The translations under genes were made by a program, and so were the position numbers. Positions 25,765 to 37,546 of a DNA stretch of 64,000 nt are shown here, piece after piece (position 1 is the stretch's first letter; the number at the start of each line of letters is the position of its first letter). Under the pieces are notes generated by a model. That model did not search any database, was not told the DNA's origin, and was given only the letters and a program-made list of their open reading frames with translations. This DNA comes from Pristiophorus japonicus. Taxonomy: Eukaryota. Location: the NCBI RefSeq assembly GCF_044704955.1, contig NW_027251843.1, positions 496,001 to 560,000 on the forward strand, read 5' to 3'.

Positions 25765-28700
25765 GAAGATTTACGAGGATGTTGCCTGGTCTGGAAAATT
25801 TTAGCGATGAGGAAAGATTGGATAGGCTGGGGTTGTTTTCTTTGGAACAGAGGAGGCTGAGGGGAGACCTTATTGAGGTGTATAAAATTATGAGGGGTCT
25901 AGATAGAGTGGATAGGACGGACCTATTTCCCTTAGCAGAGTGATCAACAACCAGGACATAGATCTAAAGTAATTGGTAGGAGCTTTAGAGGGGATTTGAG
26001 GGGCAATGTCTTCACCCAGATGGTGGTGGGGGTCTGGAACTCACTGCCTGAAAGGGTGGTCGAGGCAGAAACCCTCACCACATTTAAAAAAGTACTTGGT
26101 AGATCTTTGTCGGCCAGTGCGGAGGCAATGGGCCGAATGGCCTCCTTTCATGCTGTAAATTTCTCTGATTCTATGAAGCTCCCAGACTGCAATGAGATCA
26201 TGACCAGATCATCAGTTTTAACTATGTTGGTTGTGGGATAAATATTGGGCAGAGCGCTGTGAAGAACCCCCTTGCCCTTCCAATAGTGATTATGAGATCT
26301 TTCATGTCCACCTAAGAGGGCAGACGGGACTTCGGTTTAACATCTCATCTGAAAGATGGCACCTCTGACAGAGGGATGGTATGTGAGAAGGATCATCAAA
26401 TGAGGCCATATGGGTTAAACTGATGAATATAAAAGGGCCAGTCACACTGCTGGGAGTGTACTATAGACCCCGAAACAGTCAGAGGGAGATAGAAGAGAAA
26501 ATATGTCGGCAAATTGCTGAGAAGTGCAAAAACAATCGGGCAGCAATAGTCGGGGATTTCAACTCTGCTCAATTAACTGGGATGGAATCAGTGTCAAAGG
26601 TATAGAGGGCGCAGAATTCTTAAAAGGCATTCAGGAGAACTTTTATAGCCAATACGTAGCAAGCCCAAGGGAGGGGGCGTTTCTGGACTTAGTTTTAGTG
26701 AATGAAGCTGGGCAGGTGGAAAGGGTATCAGTGGGAGAGCATTTTGGTGCTAGTGATCATTTTTCAGTTAGATTTAGTGTAGTTATGGAAAAGGACAAAG
26801 ATAGATCAGGAATAAAGGTTCTCAATTGGGGAAAGGCCAGTTTTACTAAGCTGAGGGGTGATTTAGCAAAAGTGGACTGGAAATAACTACTTGAAGGTAA
26901 ATCAGTGTCAGAGCAGTGGGAGGCATTCAAGGGGGAGATAGTGAGGGTTCAGAGCAAGTATGTTCCCACAAAGGAAAAGGGTGGCACTCCCAAGTGAAGA
27001 GCCCCCTGGATGGCAAAGATCATATAGGGTAGGATAAGGCAAAAAAGGGAAGCTTATGTCAGATACCCAGAGCTAAATACTGCAGAAAGCCCAGAGGAGT
27101 ATAGAAAGTGCAGGGGTGAAATTAAAAAGGAAATTAGGAATGCAAAGAGAAGGCATGAAAAAATATTGGCAAGTAAAATCAAGGAAAACCCAAAGATGTT
27201 TTATAAATACATAAATAACAAGAGGATAATTAAGGAAAGAGTTGGGCCTTTTGGAGAACAAAAAGGTAACCTGCGTGTGGAGGCGGAAGACGTGGGTATG
27301 GTTCTTCATGAATACTTTGCATCTGTCTTCACAGAAGAGAGTGACGATGCAGACATTGTAATTGAGGAGAAGTGTAAAATATTAGATGAGATAAACATAG
27401 TGAGAGGGGAAGTATTAAGGGGCTTAGCAGCTTTGAAAGTGGTTAATTCACCAGGCCCAGATGAAATGTAACCCAGGTTGTTGAGAGAAGCAAGGGAGGA
27501 AGTAGCAGAGGCTCTGACCATTATTTTCCAATCCTCTCTAGCTACAGGTGTGGTGTCAGAAGAATGGAGGACTGCTAACGTGGTACCTTTGTTTAAAAAG
27601 GGGGAAAGAGATAGACCGACTAATAACAGACCAGTCAGCCTAACCTCGGTGGTTGAAAAATTATTGGAAACAATTCTGAGGGAGAGGATAAATTGTCATC
27701 TGAAAAGGGATGGATTAATCAAGGACAGTCAGCACTGATTTGTTCAGGGAAGGTCGTGCCTGACTAACTTGATTGAATTTTTTGCGGAAATGACACGGAG
27801 GGTCAATGAGCGTTGCACCTTTGATGTAGTCTACATGGATTTTTGTAAGGCTTTTGGCAAGGTCCCACATGGCAGAAAAGTAAAAGCCCATGGGATCCAA
27901 GGGAAAGTGGCAAGTTGGATCCAAAATTGGATCAGTGGCAGGAAGCAAAGGGTAATGGTCAATGGGTGTTTTTGTGACTGGAAGGCTGTTTCGAGTGGGG
28001 TGCCACAGGGCTCAGTACTAAGTCCCTTGTTCTTTGTAATATACACAAATGATTCAGGCTTATATTCAATGGAATTTAGAAGAATGAGAGGGGATCTCAT
28101 AGAAACATATAAAATTCAGACGGGATTGGACAGGTTTGATGCAGGAAGAATGTTCCCGATGTTGGGGGAGTCCAGAACCTGGTGTCAAGTCGAAGGATAA
28201 GGGGTAAGCCATTTAAGACCGAGATGAGGAGCAAATTCTTCACTCGGAGAGTTCTGAGCATGTGGAATTCTCTACCACAGATAATTGTTGAGGCCAATTT
28301 GTTAGATATATGCAAAAGGGAGTTTGATGTGGCCCTTAAGGCTAAAGGGATCAAGGGGTATGGAGAGAAAGCAGGAATGGGGTAATGAAGTGCATGATCA
28401 GCCATGATCATGTTAAATTGTGTTGCAGGCTCGACAGGCCGAATGGCAGTGTGAGCTGCGAGGAGGATGCTATGAGGCTGCAGAGCGACTTGGATAGGTT
28501 AGGTGAGTGGGCAAATGCATGGCAGATGAAGTATAATGTGGATAAATGTGAGGTTATCCACTTTGGTGGTAAAAAGAGAGAGACAGACTATTATCTGAAA
28601 GTTGACAGATCAGGAAAAGGGGAGGTGCAACGAGACCTGGGTGTCATGGTACATCAGTCATTGAAGGTTGGCATGCAGGTGCAACAGGCGGTTAAGAAAG

Positions 28701-30260
28701 CAAATGGCATGTTGGCCTTCATAGCAAGGGGATTTGAGTACAGGGGCAGGGAGGTGTTGCTACAGTTGTACAGGGCCTTGGTGAGGCCAGGAGTATTGTG
28801 TACAGTTTTGGTCTCCTAACTTGAGGAAGGACATTCTTGCTATTGAGGGAGTGCAGCGAAGGTTCACCAGACTGATTTCCGGGATGGTGGGACTGACCTA
28901 TCAAGCAAGATTGGATCAACTGGGCTTGTATTCACTCCTGCACCTATTTTCTATGTTTCTATGTTTCTATGCATACTCCTGCACATATTTTCTCTGATTT
29001 TATGTTTCTACTTCAATGTAGGGGACATGATTCCCTACAAGGTCCTACATATGAGACTGGTGTGCAAATCAAAGCACGTGGTGTTGAAGGTAATATACTG
29101 ATGTGGATAGAGAACTTGTTGGCAGACAGGAAGCAGAGAATCGGGATAAATGGGTCCTTTTCAGAATGGCAGGCAGTGACTAGTGGAGTGCCGCAGGGCT
29201 CAGTGCTGGGACCCCAGCTCTTTACAATGTACATCAATGATACAAGGGGTATGGAGAGAAAGCAGGAAAGAGATACTGAGGGAATGATCAGCCATGATCT
29301 TATTGAATGGTGGTGCAGGCTCGAAGGGTCGAACGGCCTACTCCTGCACCTATTTTCTATGTTTCTATTTTTCTATGATTAAGAAGTTTGCAGATGATAC
29401 AAAAACTGGCCGTGCGGTTGGTAGTGAGGAAGAAAGCTGTGGACAGCAGGAAGATATCAATGGATTGGTCAGGTGGGCAGAACAGTGGCAAATGGAATTC
29501 AATGCAGAGAACTGTGAGGTAATGCATTTGGGGATGTCTAACAAGGCAAGGGAATAAACATTAAATGGTAGGACACTGAGAAGTGTAGAGGAACAAATGG
29601 ACCTTGGAGTGCATGTGCACAGATCTCTGAAGGTAGTAGGCCAGGTCGATAAGATGGTTAAGAAGACATACGGAATACTTGACTTTATTAGTCGCGGCAT
29701 GGAATACAAGAGCAGGGAAGTTATGTTATAATTGTATAAAACACTATTTAGACCATAGGTAGAGTACTGTGTGCAGTTCTGGTCACCACATTACAGGAAA
29801 TGTGTGATTGCACCACAGAGGATACAGAGGAAATTTACAAGAATGTTACCAGGACTGGAAATTTTTAGCTATGAGGAAAGATTGGATTGGCTGAGGTTAT
29901 TTTGTTCGGAACAGACGAGGCTGAGGGGAGATTTAATTGATGTGTATAACATTATGAGGGGCCTAGATAGAGTGGTTAGGATGGACCGATTTCCCTCAAT
30001 AGAGAGGTCAACAACCAGGTGAGAAAGATTTAATGTGTGGGTAGAGGGAAGTTGAGGAGAAATATTTTCCCCCAGAGGGTGGTGGGGGTCTGGAACTCAC
30101 TGCCTGAAAGGGAGGTCGAGGCAGAAACCCTCACCGCATTTAAGAAGTACTTGGATGTGCACTTCAAGTGCCGTAACCCACAGGGCTATGGACCAAGAGC
30201 TGGAAAGTGGGATTAGTCTGGGTAGCTCTTCTTTGACTGTCATGGACACAATGGGCTGAA
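25765..30260 (+). mobile_element. Stack of at least five CR1 ORF2/3' fragments in the J-C intron
   Basis: Repeated EN/RT/3'UTR motifs and TTTCTATG tails at ~28950 and ~29355. Confidence 0.85.
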
Positions 30261-30624
30261 TGGTGTCAGCAAGTGGCTCAGTTGGTAGCACCCTCGCTTC
30301 GGAGTCAGAAATTGTGGGTTCAAATCCCACTTCGGTGTCCTGGCCAATATTTATCCCTCAATCAACACAACAAAAACATATTATTTGGTCATCAGCACAT
30401 TGCTGTTTGTGGGAGCTTGCTGTGCACAAATTTACTGCTGCATTTCCTACATTACAACGGTGAGTACACTTCAAAAAGGACTTCATTGGCTGTAAAGCAT
30501 ATTGGGATGTCTGGTGGTCATGAAAGGCGCTATATAAATACAATTCTTTCTTTCTTTTCTCAGAGCCGAGCGTGCTTGTGATTGACGCACGGCTCACACC
30601 TCACGGTCGATTAGCCTGATACGC

Positions 30625-30845
30625 TCAGTCTCTGGGCACACACTGAGACAGTGAGCCCACTTGGGGAGCTCAGTCTCTGGGCTCACACTGAGACAGTGAG
30701 CCCACTTGGGGAGCTCAGTCTCTGGGCTCACACTGGGACAATGAGCCCACTTGGGGAGCTCAGTCTCTGGGCTCACACTGGGACAATGAGCCCACTTGGG
30801 GAGCTCAGTCTCTGGGCTCACACTGGGACAGTGAGCCTACTTGGG
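30625..30845. repeat. 45-bp tandem repeat with internal hairpin, ~5 copies
   Basis: Unit CTCAGTCTCTGGGCTCACACTGAGACAGTGAGCCCACTTGGGGAG. Confidence 0.9.
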
Positions 30846-31102
30846 AGGGGAGCTGTGCCCCAGCCAGAGGTAGTGCCTTCAGGAGTGAGATGGGGAGCAG
30901 ATGACGGGCAGCCTGTGGTGTAGAGGGGAGACATTTCACCGGCCGAGGGCAGGTGCTGAGCCCGTTTACCTATAAGAATGTGGTAAGTGGATGGGGAAAG
31001 TGGGCCGGGCACTGAGGTAACGTCCTGTGTTGCTGGTGGAACTCCTGCTGTCTGCTCCGTCACGTGTGACAAACACGCTGACACATCAGACGGACATCTG
31101 GG

Positions 31103-31556
31103 ATGGGGGGATTGTCTATGGAGAGATCGAGTATATTAGGCTTATATTCTCTAGTGTTTAGAAGAATGAGAGGTGATCTCATTGACACATACAATATTCT
31201 GACAGGGCTTGACAGGGTAGATGCAGGGAGGATGTTTCCTCTGGCTGGGGAGTCTAGAACCAGGGGTCACAGTCTCAGAATAAGGGGTCGGCCATTTAGG
31301 ACTGAGATGAGAAGAAACCTCTTCACTCAGAGGGTGATGAATCTCTGGAATTCTCTACCCCAGAGGGCTGTGGAGGCTCAGTCCTTGAGTATATTCCGGA
31401 GATCGATAGATTTTTGGATATTAAGGGAATCGAGGGATATGGGGACACTGCAGGAAAGTGGAGTTGAGGTAGAAGATCAGCCATGATCTCATTGAATGGC
31501 GGAGTAGGCTCGAGAGGCTGAATGGCCTTCTCCTGCTCCTAATTCCCATGTTCTTA
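31103..31556 (+). mobile_element. CR1 3' fragment
   Basis: RRMRGDLI..WNSLP and 3'UTR. Confidence 0.85.
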
Positions 31557-32384
31557 AGGAACATTAGTCCAAGTTCTGGGGATTTTCTGCTGGGTCCAGG
31601 TTTAATCAGCAGGGGAATAGTGCGAGTCCCAGTTCAGAAAAAGAAAAGAGTAATTAAAGAAAGACCTGCATTTATATAGCGCCTTTCACACCTCAGGATT
31701 TCCCAAAGTGCTTCACAGCCAATGAAGTACATTTTGAAGTGCAGTCACTGTTGTAATGTGGGAAACACGGCAACCAATTTGTGCACAGCAAGCTCCCACA
31801 CACAGCAAAGAGGTAATTGAGCATTTTAAGCGATGTAGGTTGCGGGATAAATATCAGCCTGAACTCGAGCCATAGAAACAGCAACTGAGAGTCTCCCCAC
31901 AACCCTGGAGCACTGCAGCCGCCGGATTGCGAGCCCTGCTGCCCCTGTTTGTGATCAGAAGTTGGACAGGAGGTGAGCGGGGGCTGGACAGATCAGAGTT
32001 GGAGCTGGGGGAGGCGGGACCTCGGGAGTGTCAGTGTGCTGAGGCTGAGCTCAGTTATATCAGAGACTGTGACAGGAGCACAGACTGCCCCCAGCGAGCT
32101 CACTCACTCACACCCACACTCTGCCCGTGTCTCACACACCGTGTCTGTCACACTGAGACAGGCAGGAGGCTCGGGAGCGATTTCCGGGGATGGTGCAGGG
32201 ATGGGACCGCAGTGTGCCAACGTCCAGATCTCCTCCACACGGTGGGTAACAGTTCGTTACTTATACTTTGCTGGGTGAAGGGGGAGTGTGGGTAAAGGAA
32301 TACAGCCGGGCTCCCTGTCATACACAGCACTCTTCAATTAACCCTTTCATTCACCGCAGCTCCCCACCATATTATATAACCCAT

Positions 32385-32885
32385 ACACAGGCACTTGAGA
32401 GGGTGCAGAGAAGGTTTACAAGGATGGGACCAGAAATGCGAGGGTGTACATATCAGGAAAGGATGAACAGGCTGGGGCTCTTTTCTCTTGAGGCTGAGGG
32501 GTGACCTGATCGAGGTCTTTAACATTCGGAAAGGTTTTGATAGAGTGGATACAGAGAGACTGTTTCCACTTGTTGGGAAGATCAGAACGAGAGACCTTCA
32601 ATATAAGATAGCAAGAAATCCAATTGTGAATTCAGGAGAAAATTCTTTACACAGCAAGTGGTGAGAATGTGGAACTCGCTACCACAGGGAGTGATTGAAG
32701 TGAATAGAATCGATGTATTTAAGGGGAGGCTAGACAGGGATATGAGGGAGAAGGGAATAGAGAGTTAGACTGATAGATTTAGATGAGGAAAGACGGGAGG
32801 CTCGAGTGGAGCATGAACACCGGCATGGACTGGTTGGGCCGAATGGCCTGTTTCTGGGCCGTATATCCAATGTAATCCTGCGTAA
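32385..32885 (+). mobile_element. CR1 3' fragment
   Basis: ALERVQRRFTR..LGLFSLE. Confidence 0.8.
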
Positions 32886-32971
32886 ACTAAAATCTCCCCC
32901 TATTCAGTATTTGTGTCTTGGAAAGATTCAGCATTTAAAGTGTTAATAACGGAGCATTGGGGTTTACTTAC

Positions 32972-33006
32972 TCAGTCTGAGCTTGGTTCCTTTACCGAAC
33001 GTGAGC
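32972..33006 (-). CDS. IGKJ: Ig kappa J segment (LTFGKGTKLRL)
   Basis: FGxG motif; phase-1 GTAAGT donor compatible with the C exon (A+GC = Ser). Confidence 0.95.
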
Positions 33007-33045
33007 CACAGTGACAGCTTCCAGTGCAGCGGCTGTACAATATCC
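33007..33045 (+). promoter_or_regulatory. J 23-RSS: CACAGTG-23 nt-ACAATATCC
   Basis: Heptamer 33007-33013, spacer 33014-33036, nonamer 33037-33045 with two mismatches. Confidence 0.9.
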
Positions 33046-33059
33046 TCCGACCCTGGCTC

Positions 33060-33342
33060 ACTCAGTCTCTCTCCCCCTTTCTCTGTCTGTGTGTGTGTGT
33101 CTCACTCTGTGTCTCTTTTTCAGTGTTTCACTCACTGTTTCTCACACTCTCTCTCACCAATCTCGCTGACTCTATTTCTCCCGCCCTCCCTCTCACACTC
33201 TTTCTATCCCCCTCGCTCCCTCTCCCACTCTCTCTATCCCCCTCGCTTCCTCTCCCTTCCTCCCTCTCTATCGCTTCCTCTCCCTTACACTGTCTCCCAC
33301 TACAATCACGCTCTCTCGCTCACTCTCTCCCTCTCTCTCTGT
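33060..33342. repeat. CT/GT-rich low-complexity tract
   Basis: Polypyrimidine-rich sequence visible directly. Confidence 0.8.
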
Positions 33343-33617
33343 GTCCGAGTTGCCTGGGGCAGTACCCGGGAGAGTTGGGGATCCAATGTGTTTGGGACAA
33401 ATCTCCCAGCTGCCCTTCCCGCCCCATCAGACGGTAACCCTAGGGCCACGGAATTGCTGGAGAATGAAAGTCCCCCTCACACAGGGCTCACCTCTTTGTG
33501 CCCCTTGAACAACGGGCTCCATCTGCAAGTGAAATGTTTGTGTTGCTGACAGAGGCCTTCCTCGGGATCATTATAAAATAACGAGTTTCAGGGGCTTTAG
33601 AAACCTGTTTCCTCAGT

Positions 33618-34020
33618 CCGTGACCCGTGTGTACGTGGAGTGTGAGAGGATGCAGCCCCTCTTCCACTATTTGAAGGGGCTGCTCCTCGATTTCTGGCTC
33701 CACTTCAGTCCCACGCTCCTGGGCCTGGCCACCCGGTGCGGGGGGAGTGGGCAGACCATCCACAGGTCCCAGTTGGATGGGGCCCATGGGGTGGTCACAC
33801 TGCCTGCCTGCCTCAATTCGTGGGCTTTGTCCGCATCCGAGTGGCCCTGGGGACAGACACAGGGTAGGCCTGAGGCCTTCTGCGACGGGAGTACACCGCA
33901 GGGCCTGGAGTGTGGGGTGGGCAGGGAAAGAGCACGAACATTTCACTTGTTCACTTTCCTTTCATGTTTATGCTTTGGGTTTTATAAGTTGTGGCCCTCT
34001 CAATAGTGGGGGGTTTGTGA
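33618..34020 (+). mobile_element. Tx1/L1-clade LINE 3' fragment between V and J
   Basis: VYVECERMQPLFHYLKGLLLDFWLHFSPTLL resembles the ORF2 C-terminal region; related piece at 62790-62996. Confidence 0.55.
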
Positions 34021-34313
34021 GATTATTTGGATTGAGCACACAGGACCACCCAGTGTCTCCGTGCTGTCTGAATGTACAGAGTAGAGCTGTGAGATTGTCA
34101 GTGATGAAGACACAGCCCCAACTCCTCTCTGACCCACTCCATTCTTTCCCAATTCACTGCAGCTTCCAGCTGAATATTCCTGCCATCACTCCCATCGAGC
34201 TGTGTGTCAGTCATGTGTAAAACCGTACAGGAGGTGGGGCTGTGTGTCCATTATTATATATTATATATAACTGTGGGGTGAGTCAGTACAGGAGGTGGGA
34301 CTGTGTATATTGA

Positions 34314-34341
34314 GGTTTTTGTACAGCTGTGTATCACAGTG
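34314..34341 (-). promoter_or_regulatory. V 12-RSS: CACTGTG-12 nt-ACAAAAACC
   Basis: Heptamer 34335-34341, spacer 34323-34334, consensus nonamer 34314-34322; V12/J23 is the kappa configuration. Confidence 0.93.
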
Positions 34342-34640
34342 TAGAGGGTAGCTGTTATGTTGCTGACAGTAATAGTCTGCGACATCCTCGCTCTTCACAT
34401 TGCTGATGCTCAGGGTGAACGTGTTGGACTGGTAACTGCCGGTGAAGCGATTGGACGTTCCAGTGAAACGAGTTGATCCCGAATGGATCAGCAGAGTGGG
34501 TTTCTGCCCGGCTTTCTGCTGGTACCAAGCAACATACTTGCTAACAGATGCACTGGCGGTACACGTGATGGTTGCAGTCTGTCCCTCACTCACTGACAGC
34601 ACCGGGGGAGACTGGGTCATGATGATGTCCCCACTGATAC
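34342..34640 (-). CDS. IGKV: Ig kappa V exon
   Basis: CAG acceptor; [47 protein letters not shown]; open frame. Confidence 0.96.
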
Positions 34641-34827
34641 CTGAGGGGGAAATGGGGAAAGAAAGTGAAGTAAGCACTGTCACAGAAAGACGCTGCAAAA
34701 TGAGAGATTGCTCGAGACACTGAGCTCTCCTCTAGTGTCAGCATTTGCCCTTCAATCACTGGTCAGTAGAGTTGGACAGAAATCGACAGCAGGGAGATAT
34801 TAAACGTGGAAGGAGAGAGATTGGTAC

Positions 34828-34876
34828 CTGCGACGCAGAATGCCAGAGGCCAGATCAGCTGGATGGGTGAAATCAT
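34828..34876 (-). CDS. Ig leader exon (MISPIQLIWPLAFCVAG)
   Basis: CACCATG Kozak context, 49 nt, phase-1 GT donor, 187-nt intron to V. Confidence 0.9.
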
Positions 34877-34935
34877 GGTGTCTGCTCCTGTCCCTGTGCC
34901 TGCTTACTGATAAACTGCCCTTCACTGGGCCCTGC

Positions 34936-35015
34936 TTTATAAACCTGCAGCCTGAGAGAGTCTCACTGCCCATCCCTCAATATGTAAATGTCTTCACCCA
35001 GAGAAAGCCACGTCA
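34936..35015 (-). promoter_or_regulatory. V promoter: TATA (34936-34943), variant octamer ATTTACAT (34982-34989), TGACGTGG (35008-35015)
   Basis: Spacing upstream of the leader ATG is typical of light-chain promoters. Confidence 0.7.
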
Positions 35016-35537
35016 GCACATTTCACTTCCTCTTCCCCGCCCTCCTTCTCCCCCTCCTTCTCTCTCCATTCCTCCATCTCTCTCCCCCTCTCGCTTCCCC
35101 ACAGACTCCCAGGTGCAGCACACTGAAATGCAGAATAAACCTCCCTGTGCCCTCCCCCACCAATGGATGTTAACCCTTGACCCCAGAGCATGCCTTCTGG
35201 AGTAAGGCCCCATTCCCCACAGTGGCCACCCCTTGGCCTCTCTCAGTACATTGGTTGTTTATTGCCCAATTAAGGGCCGTTCTGTGCTGTGGGCCTATTC
35301 TCTGTGGGGACCGGTTTGGACAGAAAGCTCATTTCATGAAGGCCCAGCAGAGGGAGGAGATCCTCACCCCATCAGTTTGAGCTGGAGCAACAGGACAGGG
35401 TCTGACCCACTGCTCCATCCTGTCCGCTCAGAACATCTTCGAATCCCTTCCCCTTCCATGGCCCCGCTCCAGATCAGGGTATTTTTACCGGGATCAGGTG
35501 ACGATGATCCTACATTTACAACAAGAAGGGTCCACAC

Positions 35538-35980
35538 TCCATGTCCCACTGGTCCTCCAATCGGCTCCAGGCAATATGGCTCCTTCCTATTGGTACCACA
35601 ATAGGGCCCAGGAATCATGGCTCCTTCCTATTAGTCCCCCACTTGGACCCAGGCAACATGGTGCCGTCCTATTGATCCTCCAATAGGGACAATGAAACAT
35701 GGCTTCTTCCTATTGGTTGTCCAATAGGGATCATGAAACATGGCTACTTCCTATTGGTGCCTAATAGGGACAAGGAAACATGGTTCCTTCCTATTGGTCC
35801 TGCAATAGGGACCAGGAAACATGGCTCCTTCCGATTGGTCCTTCATTAGGAATCAGGGAACATGGCTTTTTCCTATTGATCCTCCAGTAGGGACCAGGAA
35901 ACATGGCTCCTTCGTATTGGTCCACCAATAGGCACCAGGAAACGTTGCTCCTTCCTATTTGTCCTATTGGACAGGGAAAC
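35538..35980. repeat. ~41-bp palindromic minisatellite CATGGCTCCTTCCTATTGGTCCTCCAATAGGGACCAGGAAA, ~10 copies
   Basis: CATGG recurs at 35657, 35698, 35739, 35779, 35820 and onward. Confidence 0.9.
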
Positions 35981-36325
35981 ATAGAAAATAGGTGCAGGAG
36001 TCAGCCATTTGCCTCTTTGAGCCTGTACCACCATTTAATAAGATCATGGCTGATCATTCACCTCAGTACCCCTTTCCTGCTTGATCCTTTTAGCCGTGAG
36101 GGCCATATCTAACTCCCTTTTGAATATATCCAGTGAACTGGCATCAGCAACTCTCTGCGGTAGAGAATTTCACAGGTTAACAACTCTCTGAGTGAAGAAG
36201 TTTCTCCTCATCTCAGTCCTAAATGGCTTACCCCTTATCTTAGATTGTGACCCCTGATTCTGGGCTCCCCCAAAATCGGGAACATTCTTCCTGCATCTAA
36301 CCTGTCCAGTCCCATCAGAATTTAA
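35978..36325 (-). mobile_element. CR1 3' fragment
   Basis: GAAACATAGAAAATAGGTGCAGGAG tail in reverse orientation. Confidence 0.8.
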
Positions 36326-36896
36326 AAAAAAGTTGATCTTGCTGCTCGCAGAGACCTCACTGACGTACTGCCCCTGAACTCACTGCCCTCTGAGAGTCTA
36401 TGCTGAGGGTGAAGTGCCTTGTGCTTGACAACTTTAGCACCTTAAAGGCTCCTGATCAATGCAGACTGTGTGTGGATTTCTGGTGAGGACACTGTGATGA
36501 GGCCTCCTGCAGTCGGATATCCTGCTGAGAGGGTCCAGGCTTACACACGTGGAATGGGGAATTGGGTGAGGTCGGAATGTGCTGTCGGGGCCCATGGAAC
36601 TGGACCCCAGCATGCAGCTTTTCTCAGGAGAGCAGAGGGAATGTTCAGAGCCCTGGGCTCCATTTCCCACACCAGGTATTTCCTGTCCCAGTGAATGAAT
36701 AAGATGCCAATGTTGTGCCCAGGTTAAGGGCAGTCTAGTGCTGTGGGCCCAGGTCTGCAAGAGGGAATTGGATATATATTTGAAAAGGAACAATTTGCTG
36801 GGTTACCGGGGTTGGAACTTAACACAATCACAATCACTAAGGAGGTGGTACTCAGTAAGATAATGGGACTAAAGGCAGATAAATCCCCTGGATGTG

Positions 36897-37546
36897 ACAA
36901 GGTCCCAAGTGGTTTCCCAGCACTGTCGTGGCCAAAGAGGAGAGTAGGGTGTTTTGGTCAAACTTTCAAATGGACTCATCTACAGGAAACACTTGGACCA
37001 AACCAAACTCAGATTCACGGACTATCCAGAGCAACCCACATTAGACCGTACCTTTTTTGACCCCCCCAACACACACACCAGTAGCAACCGACACAGTGGT
37101 TGACCACGAAGCAGAACCCATCACCTGCAGCAGCCCAGCAGGACTCACCACACCAGGCAGCCCAGCAAGGCCAGCTGCACAGCAGCCCAGCGAGGGCCCA
37201 ACAAATGACTCACCAAAACCATCATTTGCACCGAGACATCAACCAGGGAAGGAAAGGCCTCTCTTCGACTAACCTTGTAAATAGTTACACTGTTGACTTT
37301 GGGGGGCGTGGGGGCATGGGGGTGGGGGGGTGTTGTTATATATGTAACCCTGTAAATACCTTGTTTAACCACCAGAGGGCTCATCCCCTGGAGTCCCAAG
37401 AAATCCCACAATCCCTTGGGAGCACCTGCACTGAAGGAGTGCTCACAGGTTGGAGAGGCACTCTGGAGATGTGCAATAAAAGACTGAGGTCACACTTTAC
37501 TTTGAGCTCACCGTATCTGGTCAGACTCTTTATTTATACATTACAA
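36897..37546 (+). mobile_element. 3' end of a Mag-clade Gypsy element (integrase C-terminus, PPT, 3' LTR 37331-37546)
   Basis: QGPKW..RKHLDQTKLRF; the LTR matches the reverse complement of 45921-46137. Confidence 0.85.

Noticed and set aside
30265-30335. tRNA gene
   Set aside because: The A/B-box head belongs to a SINE, with no complete cloverleaf.
34641-34698. ORF-track start of the V ORF (34261..34698)
   Set aside because: The N-terminal part is intron and the C-terminal part reads through the RSS; the real leader is 34828-34876.
35538-35980. Palindromic repeat arrays (also 30625-30845 and 23135-23545) as CRISPR arrays
   Set aside because: They are head-to-tail tandem units without unique spacers, there are no cas genes, and the context is vertebrate.
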